Assembly: GCA_951406725.2 (NCBI GenBank)
Contig: OX597823.1
Location: 81,530,001 to 81,594,000, forward strand
DNA: 64,000 bases
Origin: Octopus vulgaris
Lineage: Eukaryota
Direction: 5' to 3'
The notes beneath the pieces were generated by a model, which saw only the letters and a program-made list of their open reading frames with translations, was not told the DNA's origin and made no database searches. Made by a program: the position numbers and the translations under genes. Of this stretch, positions 1 to 14,174 are shown piece by piece. Within the stretch, counting starts at the first letter, position 1, and each line of letters opens with the position of its first letter.

Positions 1-39
1 AATTTTTGTTCACCATTTTTTTTTTACTGACTTTTTAAT

Positions 40-83
<44 letters not shown>

Positions 84-93
84 ATTAAAAAGT

Positions 94-493
94 CAGGAGT
101 GGCTGTGTGGTAAGTATCTTGCTTATGAACCACATGGTTCCGGGTTCATTCCCACTGTGTTGCACCTTGGGCAAGTGTCTTCTAGTATAGTCTCAGGCCA
201 ACCAAAGCCTTGTGAGTGGATTTGGTAGACGGAAACTGAAAGAAGCCTGTCATATATATGTGTATATATGTGTGTGTGCATATGTTTCTGTGTCTGTGTT
301 TGTCCACCCAACATTGCTTGACAGCCGATGCTGGTGTGTTTACATCCCCGTAACTTAGCGGTTCAGCAAAAGAGACCGATAGAATAAGTACTAGGCTTCC
401 AAAGAATAAGTCCTGGGGTCGATTTGCTCGACTAAAGGTGGTGCTCCAGCATGGCTGCAGTCAAATGACTGAAACAAGTAAAAGATTAAAGAG
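94..493 (+). mobile_element. tRNA-derived SINE family 1
   Basis: Head with A box TGGCTGTGTGGTAAG and B box GGTTCATTCCC, central TA/TG microsatellite, LINE-like 3' end with (AAAGAGT)-type tail; many copies in the window. Confidence 0.85.
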
Positions 494-933
494 TGTATAT
501 ATATATATATATATACACACACATATATACACACATATATATATATATACATATGTATGTATATTCACATATACATAGATATATATGTATTTATTTATAA
601 TATGTATGAAGGTGTGTGAGCTAGTGGCTAGGGTGCTATACTCACAACTCACACTTAGGAGATTGTGGTTTCCATTCCTGGACTGGGCAGTGCTTTGTGT
701 TCTTGAGCAAAACATGCAAGTATCATCTATGACAGGAAAGCCCATGATATATATGCATGTATGTATGTATGTATGCATGCATGTCTGTCAGTTTCTCTGC
801 ATATATATATTTATGTATATGTCTTTGTCTGTGTGTTTGTGTATATATATATATATATGTGTATGTATGTATGTATATAATCGAACACATATACACAATG
901 TATGTGCTTTGCTTGTTCACTCGTTGGCTCCAA

Positions 934-964
<31 letters not shown>

Positions 965-1150
965 TTGTCTTTGCATGTTTCTGTTTTTATGTCATTCTTT
1001 ACATTGATATTACTTTAAAAAAAATTGCTTTTTGTGTTTATGTCCCATAATTCATGATATGACCAAAGAGAAATTGCTAAAATGACATCGTGTGTATACC
1101 TGCCTGCATTTATGTCTGTGTCTAATGTGATCTTAATTATGCTTTTTCAG

Positions 1151-1359
1151 GTGCTGATAACGTGAGGATTTATTGGGATCGGTACCTTTCAGGTGTGGAT
1201 GCTTTGATTTATGTTGTGAACAGTGCAGATACTGCTGATAATCTTCAGCTTGCAAGCCAAGAATTGACACGAATATTACAGAATAAGCAACTCAATAATG
1301 TTCCACTTCTTCTAATGGCAAATCACCATGACATGGAAGATGCACGGTCCATGGACCAG
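1151..1359 (+). CDS. ARL15: ARF-like GTPase 15, internal coding exon (end of G3, switch II, G4 region)
   Basis: Acceptor ttttcAG at 1150 and donor GTttgt at 1360. Translates (G)ADNVRIYWDRYLSGVDALIYVVNSADTADNLQLASQELTRILQNKQLNNVPLLLMANHHDMEDARSMDQ. This matches the ARL15-type GGADNIRKYW motif and the atypical G4 ANHQD rather than ARF GGQDKIR/NKQD. Upstream exons are outside the window. Confidence 0.9.
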
Positions 1360-1379
1360 GTTTGTTTTTTTTTTGTTTT

Positions 1380-1778
1380 GTTTTATTTGTTTCAGTCATT
1401 TGACTGGGGCCATGCTGGAGCACCGCCTCTAGTCGAGCAAATCGACCCCGGGACTTATTCTTTGTAAGCCCAGTACTTATTCTATCAGTCTCTTTTGCCG
1501 AACCACTAAGTGACGGGGACGTAAACACACCAGCATCGGTTGTCAAGCAATGCTAGGGGGACAAACACAGACACACAAACACATACACACACATATATAT
1601 ATATATACATATATACGACAGGCTTCTTTCAGTTTCCGTCTACCAAATCCACTCACAAGGCATTGGTCGGCCCAGGGCTATAGCAGAAGACACTTGTCCA
1701 AGATGCCACGCAGTGGGACTGAACCCGGAACCATGTGATTGGTTAGCAAGCTACTTACCACACAGCCACTCCTGCGCC
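1380..1778 (-). mobile_element. SINE family 1
   Basis: Reverse-complement full-length copy about 20 bp downstream of the ARL15 donor. Confidence 0.85.
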
Positions 1779-2729
1779 TACAGAAATTCTCTTTTTTTCT
1801 GTTTTTTTAATTTTACTCTTGTCAGCCGAATACACTGTCATCGGTTAACGGTAAGCACCTAGCAAGCTGAGTTTGTGATGAGGTGGGAGGTTTCACCCCA
1901 GTTCACTTCTGGTCAGAGTGTTTCAGACATCACCACATTATCGTTTTATGGCAATGTTAGTTAATATCTCTTTTCATTTCCTAATACTCTTGGGTGCTAT
2001 TTGAAGGAAATTTTGCTGCTTTTCTAGCTAATAAATTAACCATGTGATGGCTTCCTTGTTTTGAATATGTAATGAAGTTTTGCTTCCTGATGGGACCGTT
2101 TTTCACTTTATTTGTTCTCAGTAACTTTAATTGTTTTGGCCTTATTCAATAAACATTGAGAAAAAATTCATACCTAGTTGACTTCCTTAGACCTCATCAT
2201 TCGAAGATGAAACCGTTAAAGATGAACCAACAACTTCTAAATGGTTATTGGATGTTTTCCCTTTTCATTTTCAAAGAAAAAAAGTTGTTGTTGTTTAGCT
2301 CTATTTTCATCAACGTCTTGTAATTTTGACCAAAGATGTTCCAACTGTGTCCATTCTAAGTTTTTTTCTTCTTTTTGGCAGAGGAGACAGTGTATCTAAG
2401 GACTAGATTATTTAGTGTATCCTGCCTTTCTTAAATTGGTGTAATTTGGTTGTAATTTGAGAAAGATTGGGCTGCTTTTACTAAGCAGTTGAGCAACCTC
2501 ATAAGTGCTCTTTCACTAGCTCAAAAAACAGTGGTTGTAGTCTAGACATGAGAAGGAAATCTCAGCTTTAAGAACATTTTGGTTTGCCAATTGTGACCTG
2601 TTGTCTTTTAAACTTTAGTGTTGTCAGCCCTGAGTGAGCAGATATGAAATATTTAAAATTTACTTCATTTTTAAAGCATTAGATATGTATTTTATTTCAA
2701 TACACACACACACACATATACAGACATAC

Positions 2730-2779
<50 letters not shown>

Positions 2780-2924
2780 TGTATTGATGCTTGTTTTTTA
2801 TGTTCAGTTATAATAAAAACAAGATTTACATTAATCTGAAGGGTTACTCCATACTTTCGTAGAGGACAAATTTATTATTCATTAACAAGAGTAGTACTGA
2901 CAGTTACTTCAGAGTTTACATATA

Positions 2925-2954
<30 letters not shown>

Positions 2955-2955
<1 letters not shown>

Positions 2956-3332
2956 GACTCGGCAAACCAAGTGAGACCATAACCTTGTGGCCTATGTCAG
3001 GAGTGTAACCAGCCCACTTAAGCGTACCTTCTCTTCATTGGACACTGCTTACGAAGACCTGTTGAGGCAAGTGAAATCGAAAGCAAATTTGATGACTGAC
3101 ATCCGTGCTAGTGAAGCACTAGGAGCACCATCCAAGCGTGATTGTTGCCAGGGTGGCTAACTTGCGTTCATGCCGGTGACACGTAAAACCACCCACTACA
3201 CTCTTGGAGTGGTTGGCCATCCAGCTGTAGAAACTCTGCCATCTGGTGCAGCCATCTGGTTCGCCAGTCTTTAGTCAAATCGTCCAACCCATGCTAGCAT
3301 GGAAAGTGGACGTTAAACTATGATGATGATGA
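2955..3332 (+). mobile_element. SINE-like family 2 with (GAT)n tail
   Basis: cacccactacactc..catccagctgtagaaac..ccaacccatgctagcatggaaa..gttaaac(gat)n. Other copies at 4424-4768 (-), 9298-9640 (-) and 60298-60570 (+). Confidence 0.75.
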
Positions 3333-3425
3333 TATATATATACACACACACACAAATAAAAATAATAAAATGTAACAATTGAAGAGTACTATAATGACAA
3401 CCTTTTACTGTTTGTTCTAAATTAT

Positions 3426-3471
<46 letters not shown>

Positions 3472-3915
3472 GAGTAGTCATATATTTATTACAAAGCTTT
3501 ATTTAAAGGTAATTCTTTTTACATCAAATTAAACATGGATGTCTTGTTAGAAAACCAAATACTGCTTTATTAGCCTTGAGAACTCTTCACATAGAGGCAC
3601 TTGGTGTATAAAAGCACACACATCGATCATGAGAGGATTTCTCAAGGCTAATAACACAGTATTCACTGTTCTAACAAGGAACCCATGTTAAGTTGGATGT
3701 AAAGATTACCTTTTGGTATTAAAACTGCTTCTGTCTCTAATAATTAATCTTTATTTAAAGATTATTGGATATTTGAATGAATTTGAATGCCAAACAATGT
3801 AATTTAATTAAACAAGCTTTATGATTTTTTGCTTGGATATTTTTTTCTATATCTAAAAGAACCTTTTGAAAAAGGTTCTTTTAGAAGTGAAGTTAGCTGT
3901 ACATAGATGTAGCAT

Positions 3916-3984
<69 letters not shown>

Positions 3985-4859
3985 TAATGAAGTAGACAAA
4001 CGTGTTAATAAAATATGACATTTTATTGTAAATGTTAAATTTTTACTATTTGACCTATAGCCATCATTCACATTTGTATGTGTGTACATAATGGTAGTGG
4101 TTGTGGTTGTGGTGGTGGTGGTGGGAAACTTGATGGTATGTTCCAAACTAAAATTTATTCTTTTAAGTAGCCATGTTGCTATGCACAGATGCCCTCTTGG
4201 CCCTTTCATGACCCAGCGGAATATCTAGGATTTGACAATCACAGTAAGAGAGGGTTGCACTCAATCTGGGTTGGCACTTTATTTATCAACCCTGAAATAC
4301 TGAAAGGCAAAGTTGACTTCAGCTGGATTTGAACTCAGCGCACAAAGAACTGGAACAAATATCACAACACCTTCTATCCATACTCCATTGACATGATAAT
4401 CAATCACCTTTCTGTTATGGTCTATCATCATCATCATCGTTTAACGTCTGTTTTCCATGCTAGCATGGGTTGGACGGTTCGTCCAGGGCCTGGAAGCCAG
4501 GAGGCTGCACCAGGCTCCAGTCTGATCTGGCAGTGTTTCTACAGCTGGATGCCCTTCCTAACGCCAACCACTCCGTGAGTGTAGTGGGTGCTTTTTACGT
4601 GCCACTGGCACAAGGGCCAGGGGAGGCTGGCAAACAGCCACGATCAGTTGGTGCATTTACATGTCGCCGACATGAACGCCAGTCAGGCAGCACTGGCATC
4701 TACCACGTTCGGACGGTGCTTTTAACATGTCACTAGCACGGGTATCTTAACTACAATTTCCATTTGATTATATAATAAAATATAGGTGTAAATTTCTGAT
4801 CAATAATGATTTCCTACATTTGGTATATAACTCATATATAACTCTTTCGAACAATCAAC

Positions 4860-5110
4860 ATACATATATGAACCACAAAAGCTTATATCAAATGTTAGCA
4901 TTTAGATATGAATCGCAAAAACTTATATGTCTACACCTGACATAGAAATGTGAATCACACCAGCTGATATGTCCAATGTTAGCATAGATATGTGAATTGC
5001 AAATTCATATGTAAATCACAAAAGCTTATGCCCAATGTTAGCATGTTGGTGTGAATCACAAAAACTCATATGTCCAGTACCAGGTAAACATGGGAATCAC
5101 AAAAGCAATG
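4860..5110. repeat. Degenerate minisatellite, unit about 40 bp
   Basis: Recurring tgaatcacaaaagcttat..ccaatgttagcat motif. Confidence 0.65.
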
Positions 5111-5145
5111 CCCATTGTTTGTATACAGATGTGTATTATAAAAGA

Positions 5146-5543
5146 GGCACAGGAGCGGCTGTGTGGTAAGTAGCTTGCTTACCAACCACATGGTTCCGGG
5201 TTCATTCCCACTGCGTGGCACCTTGGGCAAGTGTCTTCTACTACAGCCTCGGGCCAACCAAAGCCTTGTGAGTGGATTTGGAAGATGGAAACTGAAAGAA
5301 GCCCATTGTATATATGTATGTGTGTGTGTGTGTGTGTGTGTGCGTTTATATGTTTGTGTTTGTCCCCCAACATCACTTGACAACCGATGCTAGTGTGTTT
5401 ACGTCCCCGTAACTTAGTGGTTCGGCAAGAGAGACCAATAGAATAAGTACTAGGCTTAAAAAGAATAAGTCCTGGGGTTGATTTGTTTGACTAAAGGCAG
5501 TGCTCCAGCATGGCTACAGTCAAATGACTGAAAGAAGTAAAAG
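5146..5543 (+). mobile_element. SINE family 1
   Basis: Full-length copy. Confidence 0.85.
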
Positions 5544-6645
5544 ATATCTCTAGAGTGCTCAGCCACTTGCATGTTAATTTCACTAGCAGGCTGTTTCATT
5601 GATTGGATCACCTGGAATCCTTATTGTAACCAACAGAGTAGGGATTGAGTGAAGAACAGAGATGTTATTGACTGATCCCAAGGAGCATCACCTCTTTCTT
5701 TCCTTCTTCCTTATTCTCAGATAAAGAAAGAAACTGACTTATTAGATTCTTTACAATTTTTGACGACTGAACATACCAGATTCTTCTGTGATATCTCACC
5801 ATAGACTAGATGTAAGTTCTTACCTAGTCATACTAGCAGTCTAGTTTTAATTGGTAGTCGTAGCCATTTCCTTAGTTAAAAAATACTGGACAACCATTTG
5901 AAAAGTGGGTAGTTTCTATTCTACTATTTAGATTTTGCATTGTGTCTGGCGTGATTCTTAAATTTGAAGTGGAGCTGTCTGTCTAGTTGCAAAATGGCAT
6001 CTTCATCTCACTTACATTAAATAATATATTGGATTGAAGAAGGTATGAAGATCACAATATTTTATTTTTTTCAGTCTCTTATAAACAAATCTGAAAAAAA
6101 AAAAAAAAAAAAAAAAAAGAGAATTATATTTGCAGTTCTCCAAGATTTAGTTGTGCTTTTTTCATGATGCCTATTTACAAACATGGTGAACTTAGCCATT
6201 GAAAATTAAGCACCTTTGTTAAAAATGCAGACCATTGCTGCTGTTGGAATGTAAACCATGCATCTCCTGACTGCCAAGTTGGCAACATATTGACTTGGCT
6301 ATCTGCTGCCATCCTTCTCCATATACACTCTGCCTAATCAAAAGAAATTCATATTCAATAAAAGAAATGTTGAGGTGAAATGGCTAAGCAAATAGATATC
6401 AACTTGCAACTGGGATTCCATTGTGTTTCTGAGCAGTGTGCTTTATTCTGTATTGTCTTAATTCCTTTAGCTGTTGGAAATCATTGCCATTTCGAAATAT
6501 TATCTGCAGTAAAGTCATATTCTATCTAAAGAAGATTTATCTCTAATCTGTTTGAAACTATTATATCAGAGTTAAAGGTGGTGAGCTGGCTGAATTGTTA
6601 GCATGCTGAACTGAATGCTTTGTATCATTTCTTTTGGATTTATAC

Positions 6646-7352
6646 CAGTGCTTCTCAAGAATGGTTCAAACAGCCCTTGGAGGTCCACATGAGATGTTGT
6701 GGTTAAAATTTATACTCTTACTCTTACTCTTTTACTTGTTTCAGTCATTTGACTGTGGCCATGCTGCAGCACCACCTTTAGTCGAGCAAACTGACCCCAG
6801 GACTTATTCTTTGTAAGCCTAATACTTATTCTATCTGTCTCTTTTGCCAAACCGTTAAGTGACGGGGACGTAAACGCACCAGCATCGATTGTTAAGTGAT
6901 GTTGAGTGGGGGGGGGGGGCAAACACAGACACACAAACACATACATGCATACATATATATATATATATTTATATATATATATATACACATATATATGACA
7001 GGCTTCTTTCTGTTTCCCTCTACCAAATCCACTCACAAGGCTTTGGTTAGCCTGAGGCTATAGTAGAAGACACTTGCCCAAGGTGCCACACATTGGGAAT
7101 GAACCCGGAACCATGTGGTTCGTAAGCAAGCTACTTGCCACACAGCCACTCCTACGCCTATCTGCAATAAATTGCTTATACTTCTACAATACATATAATA
7201 TTTTTGCAATTTTTTAAAAATACAATTCCTAATGATATGTAATTATAAAAATATATCAGGATACTTTTTTAGACATTGAATGCCTTTGGTATCCACCTGA
7301 GTAAAATAGAAGTCATAGGGGTCCATAGGGAAAAAATAATTGAGAACCAATG
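6646..7352. mobile_element. hAT-like MITE interrupted by a SINE
   Basis: TIR CAGTGCTTCTCAA / TTGAGAACCAATG; SINE at 6713-7158 inside. Confidence 0.6.
6713..7158 (-). mobile_element. SINE family 1
   Basis: Full-length copy. Confidence 0.85.
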
Positions 7353-7678
7353 CTTTACATTCTGAGCTCAAATGCTGCCCGTGTCAATTTAGTTTTTCAT
7401 CCATTTTGGGTTTGGTAAAATAAGCACCACTTGAGCACTGAGGTCAATTACCAAAGTCTCACGCCTTGTATAGAGCTCAGAACTGTTTCTCTGGGATCAC
7501 AAGATGTTAGAAATAGGTACATTTAGAAATGTTACCTTAAGTAAAGTTGTATCCTTTATCTGCTTTTGTCTTTTATATCAGAGCTAAAAACTGTTTCTCT
7601 GAGACCACTAGAAGCTACTTGTGGTTTAAGAAGAATCTATTTTCCATTAGTATGTTTTGCTAGTGTTAATATCTAGTC

Positions 7679-7916
7679 CAGTGGTTCTCAACCATCCTTT
7701 ACCTATGGACTTCTTTGATGTCTGTTTTACTCAGGAGATGGGACCCTCATGGCTACTTGGTGTCTAAAAACTCCCATTATATTTTTATGATTAAATATTT
7801 ATAGGAATTGCATTAAAAAATATTTAGATATTTTGTGTGTCGTAGAAATATAAGGAGTTTATTGCAGATAAATTTTAACAACAAAATTTTAGATGGACCC
7901 CAGTTGAGAACCATTG
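7679..7916. mobile_element. hAT (Charlie-like) MITE
   Basis: TIR CAGTGGTTCTCAAC / GTTGAGAACCATTG; 8-bp TSD ATCTAGTC / ACCTAGTC. Confidence 0.8.
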
Positions 7917-8329
7917 ACCTAGTCCTATGTTAGCCCTTATTGAGCTGACCTGACATCAAAGATTTTCCAACTTTGGCCATTGCATGTTTTTGTATATCCA
8001 AGACTACAATATAAATTGTAAGGTTTGAATTGGCAGTCAGTAGAGCAACAGACAGAATTCCTTGCAGTATTTAGTTTAGATTTTTGTATTCTGAGTTCAA
8101 ATCCTGACGAAGTCAACTTTGATTTTCATCGTGTTGGAGTTGTTAAGTACCAGTCAGTACTGAAGGACGACTGTCTCTCTCTTTCTCTCACTCTCTTTCT
8201 CCCCTCTCTCTTTCACTCTTCCTCTACCTCTCTATTCTCTCTGCTCTCTCTCTCTCTCATACTATCTCTGTCTACTCTCTCTTACTATCTCTGTCTTCTT
8301 TCTTTCTCTCTCACATACTGTCTCTGTCT

Positions 8330-8369
<40 letters not shown>

Positions 8370-8981
8370 CTTTCCTCTTTCTCTTTATCCCTTCTCTCTC
8401 TCTTTTCTTAAGTAGATGAAATCAATTGTGGTTATACCTGGACAAGGATGAGCTCCACCAGGTTTTATAAATATCCCAGACATGTTGTATGCCACTCTAG
8501 GGCCCTCTTGTCTCCATCAGGAGCAGAAACCTCATGGAAAGTTGATATAAAATGTGTCTTCTTTTTCAAGACAGTTGAATTTGATTTAAAGGAAATTTGG
8601 TTGTTATTTCTAGCATTTCTAGCAACTGTGTAGAGGCTTTGTCATTAACTTAACATAATATGGTTGGTCAAATGATTTTTACTGAAAGGAAAAATTTACC
8701 TTAGCTGAAAAAGAGTTTTATATAGAATAGTAAGAAATATTTGAGAAGCAATATGGCCTATGAAATAATCTTCACTGCTGATTCACACAAAATTATATAT
8801 TTTCTTGTTTAGCTTTTAGTTTTTTGTTCTTAATAGCTAAAAGTGATTGAAAAGATGAAATTATGTTGGGATCAAAATAAAATCAGGATTGTGAGTAGAT
8901 AAAAACTAAAGCTTACTGAGAAATATATTTTTTTTATAACAGCAGAGAAGATTTGTATTTTATATATTATTATTATTATCA

Positions 8982-9037
<56 letters not shown>

Positions 9038-9694
9038 GGCAATAAACTGCTAAACTAAAATTACTCATAAAATGTCAGCCTTATATATACTATAGCATGT
9101 CTGAAGAAATCAATTTTATTTTGCCTGTGTGCCAAATCTGTATAAAGTTTAAATGAATAGTGGACTCTTTCAGATTACTAACAAAAAGGTTATGGAGTAG
9201 CAGTAGCATGCTAGATGTGGTTTCATCTCACAACGTTCTGAGTTCAAATCTCACTGAGGTTGAGTTTTTCTCATCTGTCTAAAGTTAATAAAATGATTCA
9301 TCATCATCATCATCATCATCATTTAACGTCCGCTTTTCATGCTAGCATGGGTTGGACGATTTGACTGAGGTCTGGTGAACCAGACTCCAATCTGATCTGG
9401 CAGAGTTTCTACAGCTGGATGCCCTTCCTAACGCCAACCACTCTGAGAGTGTAGTGGGTGCTTTTACGTGCCACTGGCACGAGGGCCAGTTTGGTGGTAC
9501 TGGCAACGGCCACGCCCAAATGGTGCTTTTTACGTGCCACCTGCACAGGAGCCAGTCCAGCAGCACTGGTGACGACCTCGCTCGAATGTTTCATGTGCCA
9601 CCAGCACAAGTGCTGGTAAGGCGATGTGGTAATGATCACGTTAGAATTATTTATCATAATTAATCAGCTTAGTTGAACTGATTACAATCATCCT

Positions 9695-9960
9695 TTCATC
9701 CATTTATCTTCTCTGCCCACTATTCTTTAGAGTGTCACGGGTTGAGAGTCCTCAGGCACCTCCTCCATAGGGTCCTATCAGAAGCAGCAATCATTATACT
9801 TTATGGCTGGATTCCCAAGCATGACCAACTGAATGAATGCATATTATCCGACCATCTTGTTCTTGGTTTATCTCTAGCTCTGCTGCCAGTTAGCTTGAAG
9901 AGCCTGTCTTGTGATTTTTTCCTACAACATTCTAATCACATGTCCAACTACAACCTTCTG
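9695..9960 (-). mobile_element. RTE-like LINE 3' remnant
   Basis: Minus strand GHVIRM...GSRARDKPRTRWSD...AASDRTLWR. Confidence 0.5.
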
Positions 9961-11044
9961 CTATGTATTGTGCCAATGCAGGAAATCTTCACCAGTGGAC
10001 TTGTTGTTGTTTTTATTATTACCAGCACTACAGTTATCATTGCCATTCATAATACTATTGGCCCCTTGTCATGTTGCCTCATGATACCGTTATTGCATCC
10101 AGTTAAATAATTCCTTCTATTGAACCATAACTCATGGTTTTTGATGAGGAGCATTTTGTACCTTCTATATAAAAGTTGATTTTCCTGGTTTTCAAAGCCT
10201 GTTCTTTGTATTGAGGCAACAATTTGTATATATATTCAAAACATGTTATTCAAAGCATGTTATTGTACATACAATCATGTAAACGACTTTTGCTTTTGGA
10301 TTTTGTCTTGGAGAATGACTTCTCACCATTGACTTTGTGTGCAAGCACCACACATGCTCCAAGTGATGTTGGCAGATTATTAGACACTGGTGTTTTGGTT
10401 TGATTTAGCCACCTCAATGATAGACACCATGTCAAACATTTGGAGCTAAACAGGAAGTATAAAAACCAGTAAATGAAATATTTGCCAATGCATGTGAAAG
10501 CCTACCTATGCTAAGGTTGAATTAATTTGTGCACAAAAAACAGTGAGAATTAAAGCAATGATAGTACATCTATTCTTGACACATTTTTAGACACATGAAT
10601 GTGAAAACAACTTTCATTGTTAGAGTTTGGTTCAGTGAACAAGTTCTCCCTACAGAATTTGTGTGTAAACATCAAATATAATTCAAATGACATCAGTAGT
10701 CCTCAGATACTGGTGTTTTGGTTTGATTTAGTATCTTCAGTGATAGATGCTGTACCAGACATTTGGAGCTAAACAAGAATGGGTTGTGAATACATGTACA
10801 GGTCATTGTTTTGATCCTTGATGTTTTGCATACACATAGGTTAATCTCATTTTGTATTGAGAACTTTCTGGAAAATTCTTGCTTAGTAAACATGTTTTCG
10901 GCACTGCGCCCACTCCTTGATTAAGATCAAGTTTTCATTGGTTTGCTCTCAAATTCTATGTCACTGTTCCCAAGGCCCCTGTGTTAACTTTTCTTGTTCC
11001 AGCTTTTGAAGATTTCATACTTCAAGCTAGCATTCTTTTATTCT

Positions 11045-11431
11045 TCTATTCTTATACTTGTTTCAGTCATTTGGATGTGGCCATTCTGGAGCACCACCTT
11101 GAATGGTTTTAGTTGAACAAACTGACCCCAGGACTTTTCTTTTAAGTCTAGTACTTATTCTGTCAGGCTCTTTTGCCGAAGTGCTAAGTTACGGGGAAGT
11201 AAGCACTCCAACACCTGTTATCAAGTGGTGATGGGAGTGGGGGGGGGGGGGCAAATACAGACACACACACACACATACATGGTGGGCTTCTTTCATTTTC
11301 CGTCTACCAAATCCTCTCATAAGGTTTTGGTTGGCCTGAGTCTATAATAGAAGACACCCAAGGTGCCATACAATGGGACTGAACCCAGAACCATGTGGTT
11401 GGGAAGCAAGCTTCTTACCACACAGCCATGC
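11045..11431 (-). mobile_element. SINE family 1 (older subfamily)
   Basis: Diverged full-length copy. Confidence 0.8.
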
Positions 11432-12849
11432 TCTTTTCTTTAAACTCTAGTATCAAATGGGCATGCTACATCAATTCAAATGCATAACTTCTTTTCAATG
11501 ATTACAATATTCAGTTTGTGGTGTTACAATCATCTTTCAGTTTGTATATGAAAATCCCATAACAACCTCACTTCCATAATTTCCAAGTGTTTTCCTTTCT
11601 ATTGCTCTTTTTTCTGTGCATGCGAAACCAAATTTCTCACAAAAGTTCCAGGGAATTATTGCAGCAACCTTATCATGCCTACACTTTTCGCATTCATTCT
11701 GAGCTAACTATGGACATTACAACACAAAGTCTCATCTAAATCATCACACATTCTACATTTGATTGAACACTCCTGCTCATCTGTCATTCTATTGATCCAG
11801 TTTACCCTTTGTGCCTGATACTGTGATGTGAAAATCATTCCTTTGGTCTCTGTCTTCAGTATTCCTTTCTTTAATCATAACCAGCTGTTCTTGTTATCCC
11901 GTATCTATTTCCTTTATTGGGAAAACACTGAGTGAAACTCTTTTCCTTCAAAATTTCATTTCCTCTTTTCTACATTTTCTCTTTTTGAGCTCCATTTAGG
12001 ATTAATTGAAACTGCTTTAACTGCGAAGTCCCAAGATATGCTCTTAGCTCCGCGAGGACATATTACATGCATTATTGTATTTGCTGCTTTTGTTGTTATA
12101 GCATTAAGTATCTTTCTTGAATACATTTAGTAGAAGGTTATGCTTTTATAGAACAGCTGAAGTAGATTGATTTGATCCAAAATATGTTACTGGTCATTGC
12201 TTAACTATTTTGATACCAACCAAACTGAACTAAAACTGTCTCTGAGTCTACGGTACAAAATTATTTGATTAAAAAATGCTCATAATTTAATTAAAACCTT
12301 TCAGAATTTTCATGCAAGAACCTTTAGTTAAGTTATGTTTAAACACTAGATTAATTATAAAAAAAATTAAATTACTTTATTAGATGCCTTAAAATTGTTG
12401 ATTAATTGTACAATTAATTGGAAAGCACAGTCAATGGTTTTCATCAGAAATATGTTCAAGAAAGGGTTATTCATTCTTGGAAAGATGAAAAGATTTGCTA
12501 ACTCCCAGAATTTGAGGTTAAAATATAAAAAAACAATACTGAATACTATAAAGTATTGCATCTAGTGTTCTACTGTTTCAGTTGCTCTGCTATATTTTCA
12601 GTGATTATAATGGTTTCTTACATAAGAACAGCACAAGGTCACAAATTTTAGTGATGGGTTATATTAATTATATCAACCCTAATACTTGGCAGATACTTTA
12701 TTCTATTGACCTTAGAGAGATGAATGATAAAGTTATCTTTGGTGAGGTTTTATCAATTCCAGAAAGAAAACTCAAGGAGGGAGTCACTGCTTGGCTACTT
12801 GTCTAAATTTCAGGGCTTTTTACCTATAATAGAAAGGATTATTATTATT

Positions 12850-13228
12850 ATTTTATTGTCTTTACACAGCTTCTAATGTTGGAGATGTACTATGGTGTCA
12901 GCTGTTCACTACCAGTGAACTAAGGTAACACTCCTTATTTTTCAAGCACCATCCTGAGCATTTGAACAGTTCCAACCAGTATTGTTTTCTGCAGGTGCTC
13001 CACCCTTATTTTAGCTCCTATTTGTTCCATGTACTCAAGATTTTTACTCACAGTTCCCAGGGCTCCGACAATTATTGACACTACTACCACCTTTTTCAGT
13101 GACCACAACTGCTTAACCTCCCAAGCCAACCTGTTATATCTATCGACTTTTCTTTCTTCCTTATTGCACATCTTGTTCTCAGCTGGGCATGCAGTATCTA
13201 TGACCCAGCATCGTTTGCTTTCTTTCTC

Positions 13229-13229
<1 letters not shown>
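12850..13229 (-). mobile_element. R4/Dong-clade non-LTR retrotransposon 3' fragment (restriction-like endonuclease C-terminus) in (TAA)n
   Basis: CWVIDTACPAE...KEERKVDRYNRLAWEVKQLWSLKKVVVVSIIVGALGTVSKNL...LQKT; short 3'UTR; (TAA)n on both flanks, the known Dong target. Confidence 0.8.
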
Positions 13230-13276
<47 letters not shown>

Positions 13277-14109
13277 GAGTGAGAGAGCAGTGCATGCCAT
13301 CAAAGTGATGGCATGTAGTAGTGCCAATTATTATTATCATCATCATCATCATCATCATCATTATTATTGTTATTATTACTATTATTATTGTATTTTATAT
13401 TGGCATAATGTCACTGAAATGCAGGAGAATGGTGTTAAAGCAATCTGATAATACGACAAATAATTGTTTTATTAACTCCCCCCTCCTCCTCCTCTTTCTC
13501 TTTTTGCATGGATGATGGAAAATGAAGTCAGAAACAACTGTGGATGTAGGACGTAAAAAGCATGACATTAAATAACTAGATACTTACCGTAAAACATTTA
13601 GACTAATGTTCTATAATTCATTATATCCCACCATCTTTTAAATACAAAAAGTATAACAACAACAAAAAATAGTTATAGTAAATAGCAATTTGTAAATGTT
13701 ATTACTAACATAAATCTTGTCAATTATTGGGAAAAAAATTCTCTCAAATCATCTCTTAAATTTTTCATTAAAAAATGAGTTGCCAATTAATAATTTTAGA
13801 GTATATTCCGAATTTTATTGCATTTAATGTAAAGTTAATGTAAATTAGGTTCTTATATTATATTTATACTTTTTCATCTTAATTTACACATGACCTTATG
13901 TATAATTATTGTAGATTTCTAGCTAAAAAAAAAAAGAAAACCTACAAAATATTAAATATAAACTGAAGTAAAAAAAATGACTCACAATTTAAAGGCAAAA
14001 TATTCAATACATAATTGCAGAGTGGATGTAGGTATTTAAAAAATAATGACTCTTGTAAAACAAGTTACATTTCCTTCTGTACAGTATTTAACCTTGTGTG
14101 CATGTGTGT

Positions 14110-14174
<65 letters not shown>

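Noticed and set aside
123-314. Recurrent MLGGQTQT... ORFs
   Set aside because: Antisense translations of SINE family 1 copies.
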